Assembly: GCA_964057225.1 (NCBI GenBank) | Contig: OZ059900.1 | Location: 4,836,001 to 4,900,000 of the forward strand | DNA length: 64,000 nt | From: Auanema rhodensis | Taxonomy: Eukaryota; Animalia; Nematoda | Direction of reading: 5' to 3' | In this document: piece by piece, positions 1-12,000 of the stretch | Position numbering within the stretch: position 1 is the first letter of the stretch | How the letters are laid out: each line of letters starts with the position of its first letter | Program-made: the position numbers and the translations under genes | Notes under the pieces: model-generated | What the model saw: the letters and a program-made list of their open reading frames with translations, nothing else | Databases searched by the model: none | Told to the model about the DNA's origin: nothing

Positions 1-3000
1 AAATTGGAAGTCCTGGTTACCATGCATCAAACCCATTAAAATTGTGTTTCTAGACTAATATGACCATGGGAAATTTATTTAAGTTCACAGTATTCTTTTA
101 TCTTCAACGGTATCCGAGTTACAAATCAAGATCACTTTCTTTGGATACTTATGTGGTATAGCTACCTGTTCACAAAAAATTGGAAGTCTTGGTTACCATG
201 CATCAAATCCTTTAAGATAGTGTTTCTAGACTAATATAACCATGGGGACTTCATCAAATTTCACAGTATTCTTCTATCTTTAACGGTATCCGAGTTACAA
301 ATCAAGATCACTTTCTTTGGATACTTAGGTGGTATAGCTACCTGTTCACAAAAAATTGGAAGTCCTGGTTACCATGCATCAAACCCATTAAGATTGTGTT
401 TCTAGACTAATATAACCATGGGAAATTCATTTAAGTTCACAGTATTCTTCTATCTTTAACGGTATCCGAGTTACAAATCAAGATCACTTTCTTTGGATAC
501 TTAGGTGGTATAGCTACCTGTTCACAAAAAATTGGAAGTCCTGGTTACCATGCATCAAACCCATTAAGATTGTGTTTCTAGACTAATATGACCATGGGAA
601 ATTCATTTAAGTTCACAGTATTCTTCTATCTTTAACGGTATCCGAGTTACAAATCAAGATCACTTTCTTTGGATACTTAGGTGGTATAGCTACCTGTTCA
701 CAAAAAATTGGAAGTCTTGGTTACCATGCATCAAATCCTTTGAGATAGTGTTTCTAGACTAATATAACCATGGGGACTTCATCAAATTTTACAGTATTCT
801 TCTATCTTTAACGGTATCCGAGTTACAAATCAAGATCACTTTCTTTGGATACTTAGGTGGTATAGCTACCTGTTCACAAAAAATTGGAAGTCCTGGTTAC
901 CATGCATCAAACCCATTAAGATTGTGTTTCTAGACTAATATGACCATGGGAAATTCATTTAAGTTCACAGTATTCTTCTATCTTCAACGGTATCCGAGTT
1001 ACAAATCAAGATCACTTTCTTTGGATACTTAGGTGGTATAGCTACCTGTTCACAAAAAATTGGAAGTCCTGGTTACCATGCATCAAACCCATTAAGATTG
1101 TGTTTCTAGACTAATATGACCATGGGAAATTCATTTAAGTTCACAGTATTCTTCTATCTTTAACGGTATCCGAGTTACAAATCAAGATCACTTTCTTTGG
1201 ATACTTAGGTGGTATAGCTACCTGTTCACAAAAAATTGGAAGTCCTGGTTACCATGCATCAAACCCATTAAAATTGTGTTTCTAGACTAATATGACCATG
1301 GGAAATTTATTTAAGTTCACAGTATTCTTTTATCTTCAACGGTATCCGAGTTACAAATCAAGATCACTTTCTTTGGATACTTATGTGGTATAGCTACCTG
1401 TTCACAAAAAATTGGAAGTCTTGGTTACCATGCATCAAATCCTTTAAGATAGTGTTTCTAGACTAATATGACCATGGGAAATTCATTTAAGTTCACAGTA
1501 TTCTTCTATCTTTAACGGTATCCGAGTTACAAATCAAGATCACTTTCTTTGGATACTTAGGTGGTATAGCTACCTGTTCACAAAAAATTGGAAGTCTTGG
1601 TTACCATGCATCAAATCCTTTGAGTAAGTGTTTCTAGACTAATATAACCATGGGGACTTCATCAAATTTCACAGTATTCTTCTATCTTCAACGGTATCCG
1701 AGTTACAAATCAAGATCACTTTCTTTGGATACTTAGGTGGTATAGCTACCTGTTCACAAAAAATTGGAAGTCCTGGTTACCATGCATCAAACCCATTAAA
1801 ATTGTGTTTCTAGACTAATATGACCATGGGAAATTCATTTAAGTTTACAGTATTCTTCTATCTTTAACGGTATCCGAGTAACAAATCAAGATCACTTTCT
1901 TTGGATACTTAGGTGGTATAGCTACCTGTTCACAAAAAATTGGAAGTTTTGGTTACCATGCATCAAATCCTTTAAGATAGTGTTTCTAGACTAATATAAC
2001 CATGGGGACTTCATCAAATTTTACAGTATTCTTCTATCTTTAACGGTATCCGAGTTACAAATCAAGATCACTTTCTTTGGATACTTAGGTGGTATAGCTA
2101 CCTGTTCACAAAAAATTGGAAGTCCTGGTTACCATGCATCAAACCCATTAAGATTGTGTTTCTAGACTAATATGACCATGGGAAATTCATTTAAGTTCAC
2201 AGTATTCTTCTATCTTCAACGGTATCCGAGTTACAAATCAAGATCACTTTCTTTGGATACTTAGGTGGTATAGCTACCTGTTCACAAAAAATTGGAAGTC
2301 CTGGTTACCATGCATCAAACCCATTAAGATTGTGTTTCTAGACTAATATGACCATGGGAAATTCATTTAAGTTCACAGTATTCTTCTATCTTTAACGGTA
2401 TCCGAGTTACAAATCAAGATCACTTTCTTTGGATACTTAGGTGGTATAGCTACCTGTTCACAAAAAATTGGAAGTCTTGGTTACCATGCATCAAATCCTT
2501 TGAGATAGTGTTTCTAGACTAATATAACCATGGGGACTTCATCAAATTTCACAGTATTCTTCTATCTTCAACGGTATCCGAGTTACAAATCAAGATCACT
2601 TTCTTTGGATACTTAGGTGGTATAGCTACCTGTTCACAAAAAATTGGAAGTCTTGGTTACCATGCATCAAACACAATACGATAGTGTTTCTAGACTAATA
2701 TGACCATGGGAAATTCATTTAAGTTTACAGTATTCTTCTATCTTTAACGGTATCCGAGTAACAAATCAAGATCACTTTCTTTGGATACTTAGGTGGTATA
2801 GCTACCTGTTCACAAAAAATTGGAAGTTTTGGTTACCATGCATCAAATCCTTTAAGATAGTGTTTCTAGACTAATATAACCATGGGGACTTCATCAAATT
2901 TTACAGTATTCTTCTATCTTTAACGGTATCCGAGTTACAAATCAAGATCACTTTCTTTGGATACTTAGGTGGTATAGCTACCTGTTCACAAAAAAATGGA

Positions 3001-6000
3001 AGTCCTGGTTACCATGCATCAAACCCATTAAAATTGTGTTTCTAGACTAATATGACCATGGGAAATTTATTTAAGTTCACAGTATTCTTTTATCTTCAAC
3101 GGTATCCGAGTTACAAATCAAGATCACTTTCTTTGGATACTTATGTGGTATAGCTACCTGTTCACAAAAAATTGGAAGTCTTGGTTACCATGCATCAAAT
3201 CCTTTAAGATAGTGTTTCTAGACTAATATAACCATGGGGACTTCATCAAATTTCACAGTATTCTTCTATCTTTAACGGTATCCGAGTTACAAATCAAGAT
3301 CACTTTCTTTGGATACTTAGGTGGTATAGCTACCTGTTCACAAAAAATTGGAAGTCCTGGTTACCATGCATCAAACCCATTAAGATTGTGTTTCTAGACT
3401 AATATAACCATGGGAAATTCATTTAAGTTCACAGTATTCTTCTATCTTTAACGGTATCCGAGTTACAAATCAAGATCACTTTCTTTGGATACTTAGGTGG
3501 TATAGCTACCTGTTCACAAAAAATTGGAAGTCTTGGTTACCATGCATCAAACACAATACGATAGTGTTTCTAGACTAATATGACCATGGGAAATTCATTT
3601 AAGTTCACAGTATTCTTTTATCTTTAACGGTATCCGAGTTACAAATCAAGATCACTTTCTTTGGATACTTAGGTGGTATAGCTACCTGTTCACAAAAAAT
3701 TGGAAGTCTTGGTTACCATGCATCAAATCCTTTGAGATAGTGTTTCTAGACTAATATAACCATGGGGACTTCATCAAATTTCACAGTATTCTTCTATCTT
3801 CAACGGTATCCGAGTTACAAATCAAGATCACTTTCTTTGGATACTTAGGTGGTATAGCTACCTGTTCACAAAAAATTGGAAGTCCTGGTTACCATGCATC
3901 AAACCCATTAAGATTGTGTTTCTAGACTAATATAACCATGGGAAATTTATTTAAGTTCACAGTATTCTTTTATCTTCAACGGTATCCGAGTTACAAATCA
4001 AGATCACTTTCTTTGGATACTTATGTGGTATAGCTACCTGTTCACAAAAAATTGGAAGTCTTGGTTACCATGCATCAAATCCTTTAAGATAGTGTTTCTA
4101 GACTAATATAACCATGGGGACTTCATCAAATTTTACAGTATTCTTCTATCTTTAACGGTATCCGAGTTACAAATCAAGATCACTTTCTTTGGATACTTAG
4201 GTGGTATAGCTACCTGTTCACAAAAAATTGGAAGTCCTGGTTACCATGCATCAAACCCATTAAAATTGTGTTTCTAGACTAATATGACCATGGGAAATTT
4301 ATTTAAGTTCACAGTATTCTTTTATCTTCAACGGTATCCGAGTTACAAATCAAGATCACTTTCTTTGGATACTTATGTGGTATAGCTACCTGTTCACAAA
4401 AAATTGGAAGTCTTGGTTACCATGCATCAAATCCTTTAAGATAGTGTTTCTAGACTAATATAACCATGGGGACTTCATCAAATTTCACAGTATTCTTCTA
4501 TCTTTAACGGTATCCGAGTTACAAATCAAGATCACTTTCTTTGGATACTTAGGTGGTATAGCTACCTGTTCACAAAAAATTGGAAGTCCTGGTTACCATG
4601 CATCAAACCCATTAAGATTGTGTTTCTAGACTAATATAACCATGGGAAATTCATTTAAGTTCACAGTATTCTTCTATCTTTAACGGTATCCGAGTTACAA
4701 ATCAAGATCACTTTCTTTGGATACTTAGGTGGTATAGCTACCTGTTCACAAAAAATTGGAAGTCTTGGTTACCATGCATCAAACACAATACGATAGTGTT
4801 TCTAGACTAATATGACCATGGGAAATTCATTTAAGTTCACAGTATTCTTTTATCTTTAACGGTATCCGAGTTACAAATCAAGATCACTTTCTTTGGATAC
4901 TTAGGTGGTATAGCTACCTGTTCACAAAAAATTGGAAGTCTTGGTTACCATGCATCAAATCCTTTGAGATAGTGTTTCTAGACTAATATAACCATGGGGA
5001 CTTCATCAAATTTCACAGTATTCTTCTATCTTCAACGGTATCCGAGTTACAAATCAAGATCACTTTCTTTGGATACTTAGGTGGTATAGCTACCTGTTCA
5101 CAAAAAATTGGAAGTCCTGGTTACCATGCATCAAACCCATTAAAATTGTGTTTCTAGACTAATATGACCATGGGAAATTCATTTAAGTTTACAGTATTCT
5201 TCTATCTTTAACGGTATCCGAGTAACAAATCAAGATCACTTTCTTTGGATACTTAGGTGGTATAGCTACCTGTTCACAAAAAATTGGAAGTTTTGGTTAC
5301 CATGCATCAAATCCTTTAAGATAGTGTTTCTAGACTAATATAACCATGGGGACTTCATCAAATTTTACAGTATTCTTCTATCTTTAACGGTATCCGAGTT
5401 ACAAATCAAGATCACTTTCTTTGGATACTTAGGTGGTATAGCTACCTGTTCACAAAAAATTGGAAGTCCTGGTTACCATGCATCAAACCCATTAAGATTG
5501 TGTTTCTAGACTAATATGACCATGGGAAATTCATTTAAGTTCACAGTATTCTTCTATCTTCAACGGTATCCGAGTTACAAATCAAGATCACTTTCTTTGG
5601 ATACTTAGGTGGTATAGCTACCTGTTCACAAAAAATTGGAAGTCCTGGTTACCATGCATCAAACCCATTAAGATTGTGTTTCTAGACTAATATGACCATG
5701 GGAAATTCATTTAAGTTCACAGTATTCTTCTATCTTTAACGGTATCCGAGTTACAAATCAAGATCACTTTCTTTGGATACTTAGGTGGTATAGCTACCTG
5801 TTCACAAAAAATTGGAAGTCTTGGTTACCATGCATCAAATCCTTTGAGATAGTGTTTCTAGACTAATATAACCATGGGGACTTCATCAAATTTCACAGTA
5901 TTCTTCTATCTTTAACGGTATCCGAGTAACAAATCAAGATCACTTTCTTTGGATACTTAGGTGGTATAGCTACCTGTTCACAAAAAATTGGAAGTTTTGG

Positions 6001-9000
6001 TTACCATGCATCAAATCCTTTAAGATAGTGTTTCTAGACTAATATAACCATGGGGACTTCATCAAATTTTACAGTATTCTTCTATCTTTAACGGTATCCG
6101 AGTTACAAATCAAGATCACTTTCTTTGGATACTTAGGTGGTATAGCTACCTGTTCACAAAAAATTGGAAGTCCTGGTTACCATGCATCAAACCCATTAAA
6201 ATTGTGTTTCTAGACTAATATGACCATGGGAAATTTATTTAAGTTCACAGTATTCTTTTATCTTCAACGGTATCCGAGTTACAAATCAAGATCACTTTCT
6301 TTGGATACTTATGTGGTATAGCTACCTGTTCACAAAAAATTGGAAGTCTTGGTTACCATGCATCAAATCCTTTAAGATAGTGTTTCTAGACTAATATAAC
6401 CATGGGGACTTCATCAAATTTCACAGTATTCTTCTATCTTTAACGGTATCCGAGTTACAAATCAAGATCACTTTCTTTGGATACTTAGGTGGTATAGCTA
6501 CCTGTTCACAAAAAATTGGAAGTCCTGGTTACCATGCATCAAACCCATTAAGATTGTGTTTCTAGACTAATATAACCATGGGAAATTCATTTAAGTTCAC
6601 AGTATTCTTCTATCTTTAACGGTATCCGAGTTACAAATCAAGATCACTTTCTTTGGATACTTAGGTGGTATAGCTACCTGTTCACAAAAAATTGGAAGTC
6701 TTGGTTACCATGCATCAAACACAATACGATAGTGTTTCTAGACTAATATGACCATGGGAAATTCATTTAAGTTCACAGTATTCTTTTATCTTTAACGGTA
6801 TCCGAGTTACAAATCAAGATCACTTTCTTTGGATACTTAGGTGGTATAGCTACCTGTTCACAAAAAATTGGAAGTCTTGGTTACCATGCATCAAATCCTT
6901 TGAGATAGTGTTTCTAGACTAATATAACCATGGGGACTTCATCAAATTTCACAGTATTCTTCTATCTTCAACGGTATCCGAGTTACAAATCAAGATCACT
7001 TTCTTTGGATACTTAGGTGGTATAGCTACCTGTTCACAAAAAATTGGAAGTCCTGGTTACCATGCATCAAACCCATTAAGATTGTGTTTCTAGACTAATA
7101 TAACCATGGGAAATTCATTTAAGTTCACAGTATTCTTCTATCTTTAACGGTATCCGAGTTACAAATCAAGATCACTTTCTTTGGATACTTAGGTGGTATA
7201 GCTACCTGTTCACAAAAAATTGGAAGTCTTGGTTACCATGCATCAAACACAATACGATAGTGTTTCTAGACTAATATGACCATGGGAAATTCATTTAAGT
7301 TCACAGTATTCTTTTATCTTTAACGGTATCCGAGTTACAAATCAAGATCACTTTCTTTGGATACTTAGGTGGTATAGCTACCTGTTCACAAAAAATTGGA
7401 AGTCTTGGTTACCATGCATCAAATCCTTTGAGATAGTGTTTCTAGACTAATATAACCATGGGGACTTCATCAAATTTCACAGTATTCTTCTATCTTCAAC
7501 GGTATCCGAGTTACAAATCAAGATCACTTTCTTTGGATACTTAGGTGGTATAGCTACCTGTTCACAAAAAATTGGAAGTCCTGGTTACCATGCATCAAAC
7601 CCATTAAAATTGTGTTTCTAGACTAATATGACCATGGGAAATTCATTTAAGTTTACAGTATTCTTCTATCTTTAACGGTATCCGAGTAACAAATCAAGAT
7701 CACTTTCTTTGGATACTTAGGTGGTATAGCTACCTGTTCACAAAAAATTGGAAGTTTTGGTTACCATGCATCAAATCCTTTAAGATAGTGTTTCTAGACT
7801 AATATAACCATGGGGACTTCATCAAATTTTACAGTATTCTTCTATCTTTAACGGTATCCGAGTTACAAATCAAGATCACTTTCTTTGGATACTTAGGTGG
7901 TATAGCTACCTGTTCACAAAAAATTGGAAGTCCTGGTTACCATGCATCAAACCCATTAAAATTGTGTTTCTAGACTAATATGACCATGGGAAATTTATTT
8001 AAGTTCACAGTATTCTTTTATCTTCAACGGTATCCGAGTTACAAATCAAGATCACTTTCTTTGGATACTTATGTGGTATAGCTACCTGTTCACAAAAAAT
8101 TGGAAGTCTTGGTTACCATGCATCAAATCCTTTAAGATAGTGTTTCTAGACTAATATAACCATGGGGACTTCATCAAATTTCACAGTATTCTTCTATCTT
8201 TAACGGTATCCGAGTTACAAATCAAGATCACTTTCTTTGGATACTTAGGTGGTATAGCTACCTGTTCACAAAAAATTGGAAGTCCTGGTTACCATGCATC
8301 AAACCCATTAAGATTGTGTTTCTAGACTAATATAACCATGGGAAATTCATTTAAGTTCACAGTATTCTTCTATCTTTAACGGTATCCGAGTTACAAATCA
8401 AGATCACTTTCTTTGGATACTTAGGTGGTATAGCTACCTGTTCACAAAAAATTGGAAGTCTTGGTTACCATGCATCAAACACAATACGATAGTGTTTCTA
8501 GACTAATATGACCATGGGAAATTCATTTAAGTTCACAGTATTCTTTTATCTTTAACGGTATCCGAGTTACAAATCAAGATCACTTTCTTTGGATACTTAG
8601 GTGGTATAGCTACCTGTTCACAAAAAATTGGAAGTCTTGGTTACCATGCATCAAACACAATACGATAGTGTTTCTAGACTAATATGACCATGGGAAATTC
8701 ATTTAAGTTCACAGTATTCTTTTATCTTTAACGGTATCCGAGTTACAAATCAAGATCACTTTCTTTGGATACTTAGGTGGTATAGCTACCTGTTCACAAA
8801 AAATTGGAAGTCCTGGTTACCATGCATCAAACCCATTAAGATTGTGTTTCTAGACTAATATAACCATGGGAAATTCATTTAAGTTCACAGTATTCTTCTA
8901 TCTTTAACGGTATCCGAGTTACAAATCAAGATCACTTTCTTTGGATACTTAGGTGGTATAGCTACCTGTTCACAAAAAATTGGAAGTCTTGGTTACCATG

Positions 9001-12000
9001 CATCAAACACAATACGATAGTGTTTCTAGACTAATATGACCATGGGAAATTCATTTAAGTTCACAGTATTCTTTTATCTTTAACGGTATCCGAGTTACAA
9101 ATCAAGATCACTTTCTTTGGATACTTAGGTGGTATAGCTACCTGTTCACAAAAAATTGGAAGTCTTGGTTACCATGCATCAAATCCTTTGAGATAGTGTT
9201 TCTAGACTAATATAACCATGGGGACTTCATCAAATTTCACAGTATTCTTCTATCTTCAACGGTATCCGAGTTACAAATCAAGATCACTTTCTTTGGATAC
9301 TTAGGTGGTATAGCTACCTGTTCACAAAAAATTGGAAGTCCTGGTTACCATGCATCAAACCCATTAAGATTGTGTTTCTAGACTAATATAACCATGGGAA
9401 ATTCATTTAAGTTAACAGTATTCTTCTATCTTTAACGGTATCCGAGTTACAAATCAAGATCACTTTCTTTGGATACTTAGGTGGTATAGCTACCTGTTCA
9501 CAAAAAATTGGAAGTCTTGGTTACCATGCATCAAACACAATACGATAGTGTTTCTAGACTAATATGACCATGGGAAATTCATTTAAGTTCACAGTATTCT
9601 TTTATCTTTAACGGTATCCGAGTTACAAATCAAGATCACTTTCTTTGGATACTTAGGTGGTATAGCTACCTGTTCACAAAAAATTGGAAGTCTTGGTTAC
9701 CATGCATCAAATCCTTTGAGATAGTGTTTCTAGACTAATATAACCATGGGGACTTCATCAAATTTCACAGTATTCTTCTATCTTCAACGGTATCCGAGTT
9801 ACAAATCAAGATCACTTTCTTTGGATACTTAGGTGGTATAGCTACCTGTTCACAAAAAATTGGAAGTCCTGGTTACCATGCATCAAACCCATTAAAATTG
9901 TGTTTCTAGACTAATATGACCATGGGAAATTCATTTAAGTTTACAGTATTCTTCTATCTTTAACGGTATCCGAGTAACAAATCAAGATCACTTTCTTTGG
10001 ATACTTAGGTGGTATAGCTACCTGTTCACAAAAAATTGGAAGTTTTGGTTACCATGCATCAAATCCTTTAAGATAGTGTTTCTAGACTAATATAACCATG
10101 GGGACTTCATCAAATTTTACAGTATTCTTCTATCTTTAACGGTATCCGAGTTACAAATCAAGATCACTTTCTTTGGATACTTAGGTGGTATAGCTACCTG
10201 TTCACAAAAAATTGGAAGTTTTGGTTACCATGCATCAAATCCTTTAAGATAGTGTTTCTAGACTAATATAACCATGGGAAATTTATTTAAGTTCACAGTA
10301 TTCTTTTATCTTCAACGGTATCCGAGTTACAAATCAAGATCACTTTCTTTGGATACTTATGTGGTATAGCTACCTGTTCACAAAAAATTGGAAGTCTTGG
10401 TTACCATGCATCAAATCCTTTAAGATAGTGTTTCTAGACTAATATAACCATGGGGACTTCATCAAATTTCACAGTATTCTTCTATCTTTAACGGTATCCG
10501 AGTTACAAATCAAGATCACTTTCTTTGGATACTTAGGTGGTATAGCTACCTGTTCACAAAAAATTGGAAGTCCTGGTTACCATGCATCAAACCCATTAAG
10601 ATTGTGTTTCTAGACTAATATAACCATGGGAAATTCATTTAAGTTCACAGTATTCTTCTATCTTTAACGGTATCCGAGTTACAAATCAAGATCACTTTCT
10701 TTGGATACTTAGGTGGTATAGCTACCTGTTCACAAAAAATTGGAAGTTTTGGTTACCATGCATCAAATCCTTTAAGATAGTGTTTCTAGACTAATATAAC
10801 CATGGGGACTTCATCAAATTTTACAGTATTCTTCTATCTTTAACGGTATCCGAGTTACAAATCAAGATCACTTTCTTTGGATACTTAGGTGGTATAGCTA
10901 CCTGTTCACAAAAAATTGGAAGTTTTGGTTACCATGCATCAAATCCTTTAAGATAGTGTTTCTAGACTAATATAACCATGGGAAATTTATTTAAGTTCAC
11001 AGTATTCTTTTATCTTCAACGGTATCCGAGTTACAAATCAAGATCACTTTCTTTGGATACTTATGTGGTATAGCTACCTGTTCACAAAAAATTGGAAGTC
11101 TTGGTTACCATGCATCAAATCCTTTAAGATAGTGTTTCTAGACTAATATAACCATGGGGACTTCATCAAATTTCACAGTATTCTTCTATCTTTAACGGTA
11201 TCCGAGTTACAAATCAAGATCACTTTCTTTGGATACTTAGGTGGTATAGCTACCTGTTCACAAAAAATTGGAAGTCCTGGTTACCATGCATCAAACCCAT
11301 TAAGATTGTGTTTCTAGACTAATATAACCATGGGAAATTCATTTAAGTTCACAGTATTCTTCTATCTTTAACGGTATCCGAGTTACAAATCAAGATCACT
11401 TTCTTTGGATACTTAGGTGGTATAGCTACCTGTTCACAAAAAATTGGAAGTCTTGGTTACCATGCATCAAACACAATACGATAGTGTTTCTAGACTAATA
11501 TGACCATGGGAAATTCATTTAAGTTCACAGTATTCTTTTATCTTTAACGGTATCCGAGTTACAAATCAAGATCACTTTCTTTGGATACTTAGGTGGTATA
11601 GCTACCTGTTCACAAAAAATTGGAAGTCTTGGTTACCATGCATCAAATCCTTTGAGATAGTGTTTCTAGACTAATATAACCATGGGGACTTCATCAAATT
11701 TCACAGTATTCTTCTATCTTCAACGGTATCCGAGTTACAAATCAAGATCACTTTCTTTGGATACTTAGGTGGTATAGCTACCTATTCACAAAAAATTGGA
11801 AGTCCTGGTTACCATGCATCAAACCCATTAAGATTGTGTTTCTAGACTAATATAACCATGGGAAATTCATTTAAGTTAACAGTATTCTTCTATCTTTAAC
11901 GGTATCCGAGTTACAAATCAAGATCACTTTCTTTGGATACTTAGGTGGTATAGCTACCTGTTCACAAAAAATTGGAAGTCTTGGTTACCATGCATCAAAC

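Noticed and set aside
101-120. CENP-B box around the two CpGs
   Set aside because: The CpGs are 7 bp apart versus 9 bp in TTCGnnnnAnnCGGG, and the TTCG and CGGG cores are not matched.
128-166. Identity with the Brassica CentBr 176-bp satellite
   Set aside because: The length is the same and atcacttt / tttggatac..a.gtggt resembles CentBr as I recall it, but the rest does not appear to align and there is no HindIII site. I cannot verify this without an alignment, so no family is assigned.
220-266. Hammerhead ribozyme on the - strand of class B monomers (uUGAUGA ... GAAAc), as in newt, schistosome and cricket satellites
   Set aside because: The core reads UUGAUGA rather than CUGAUGA, the intervening sequence does not form stem II, and the motif is absent from A and C monomers. 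An Infernal search with Rfam hammerhead models would settle it.
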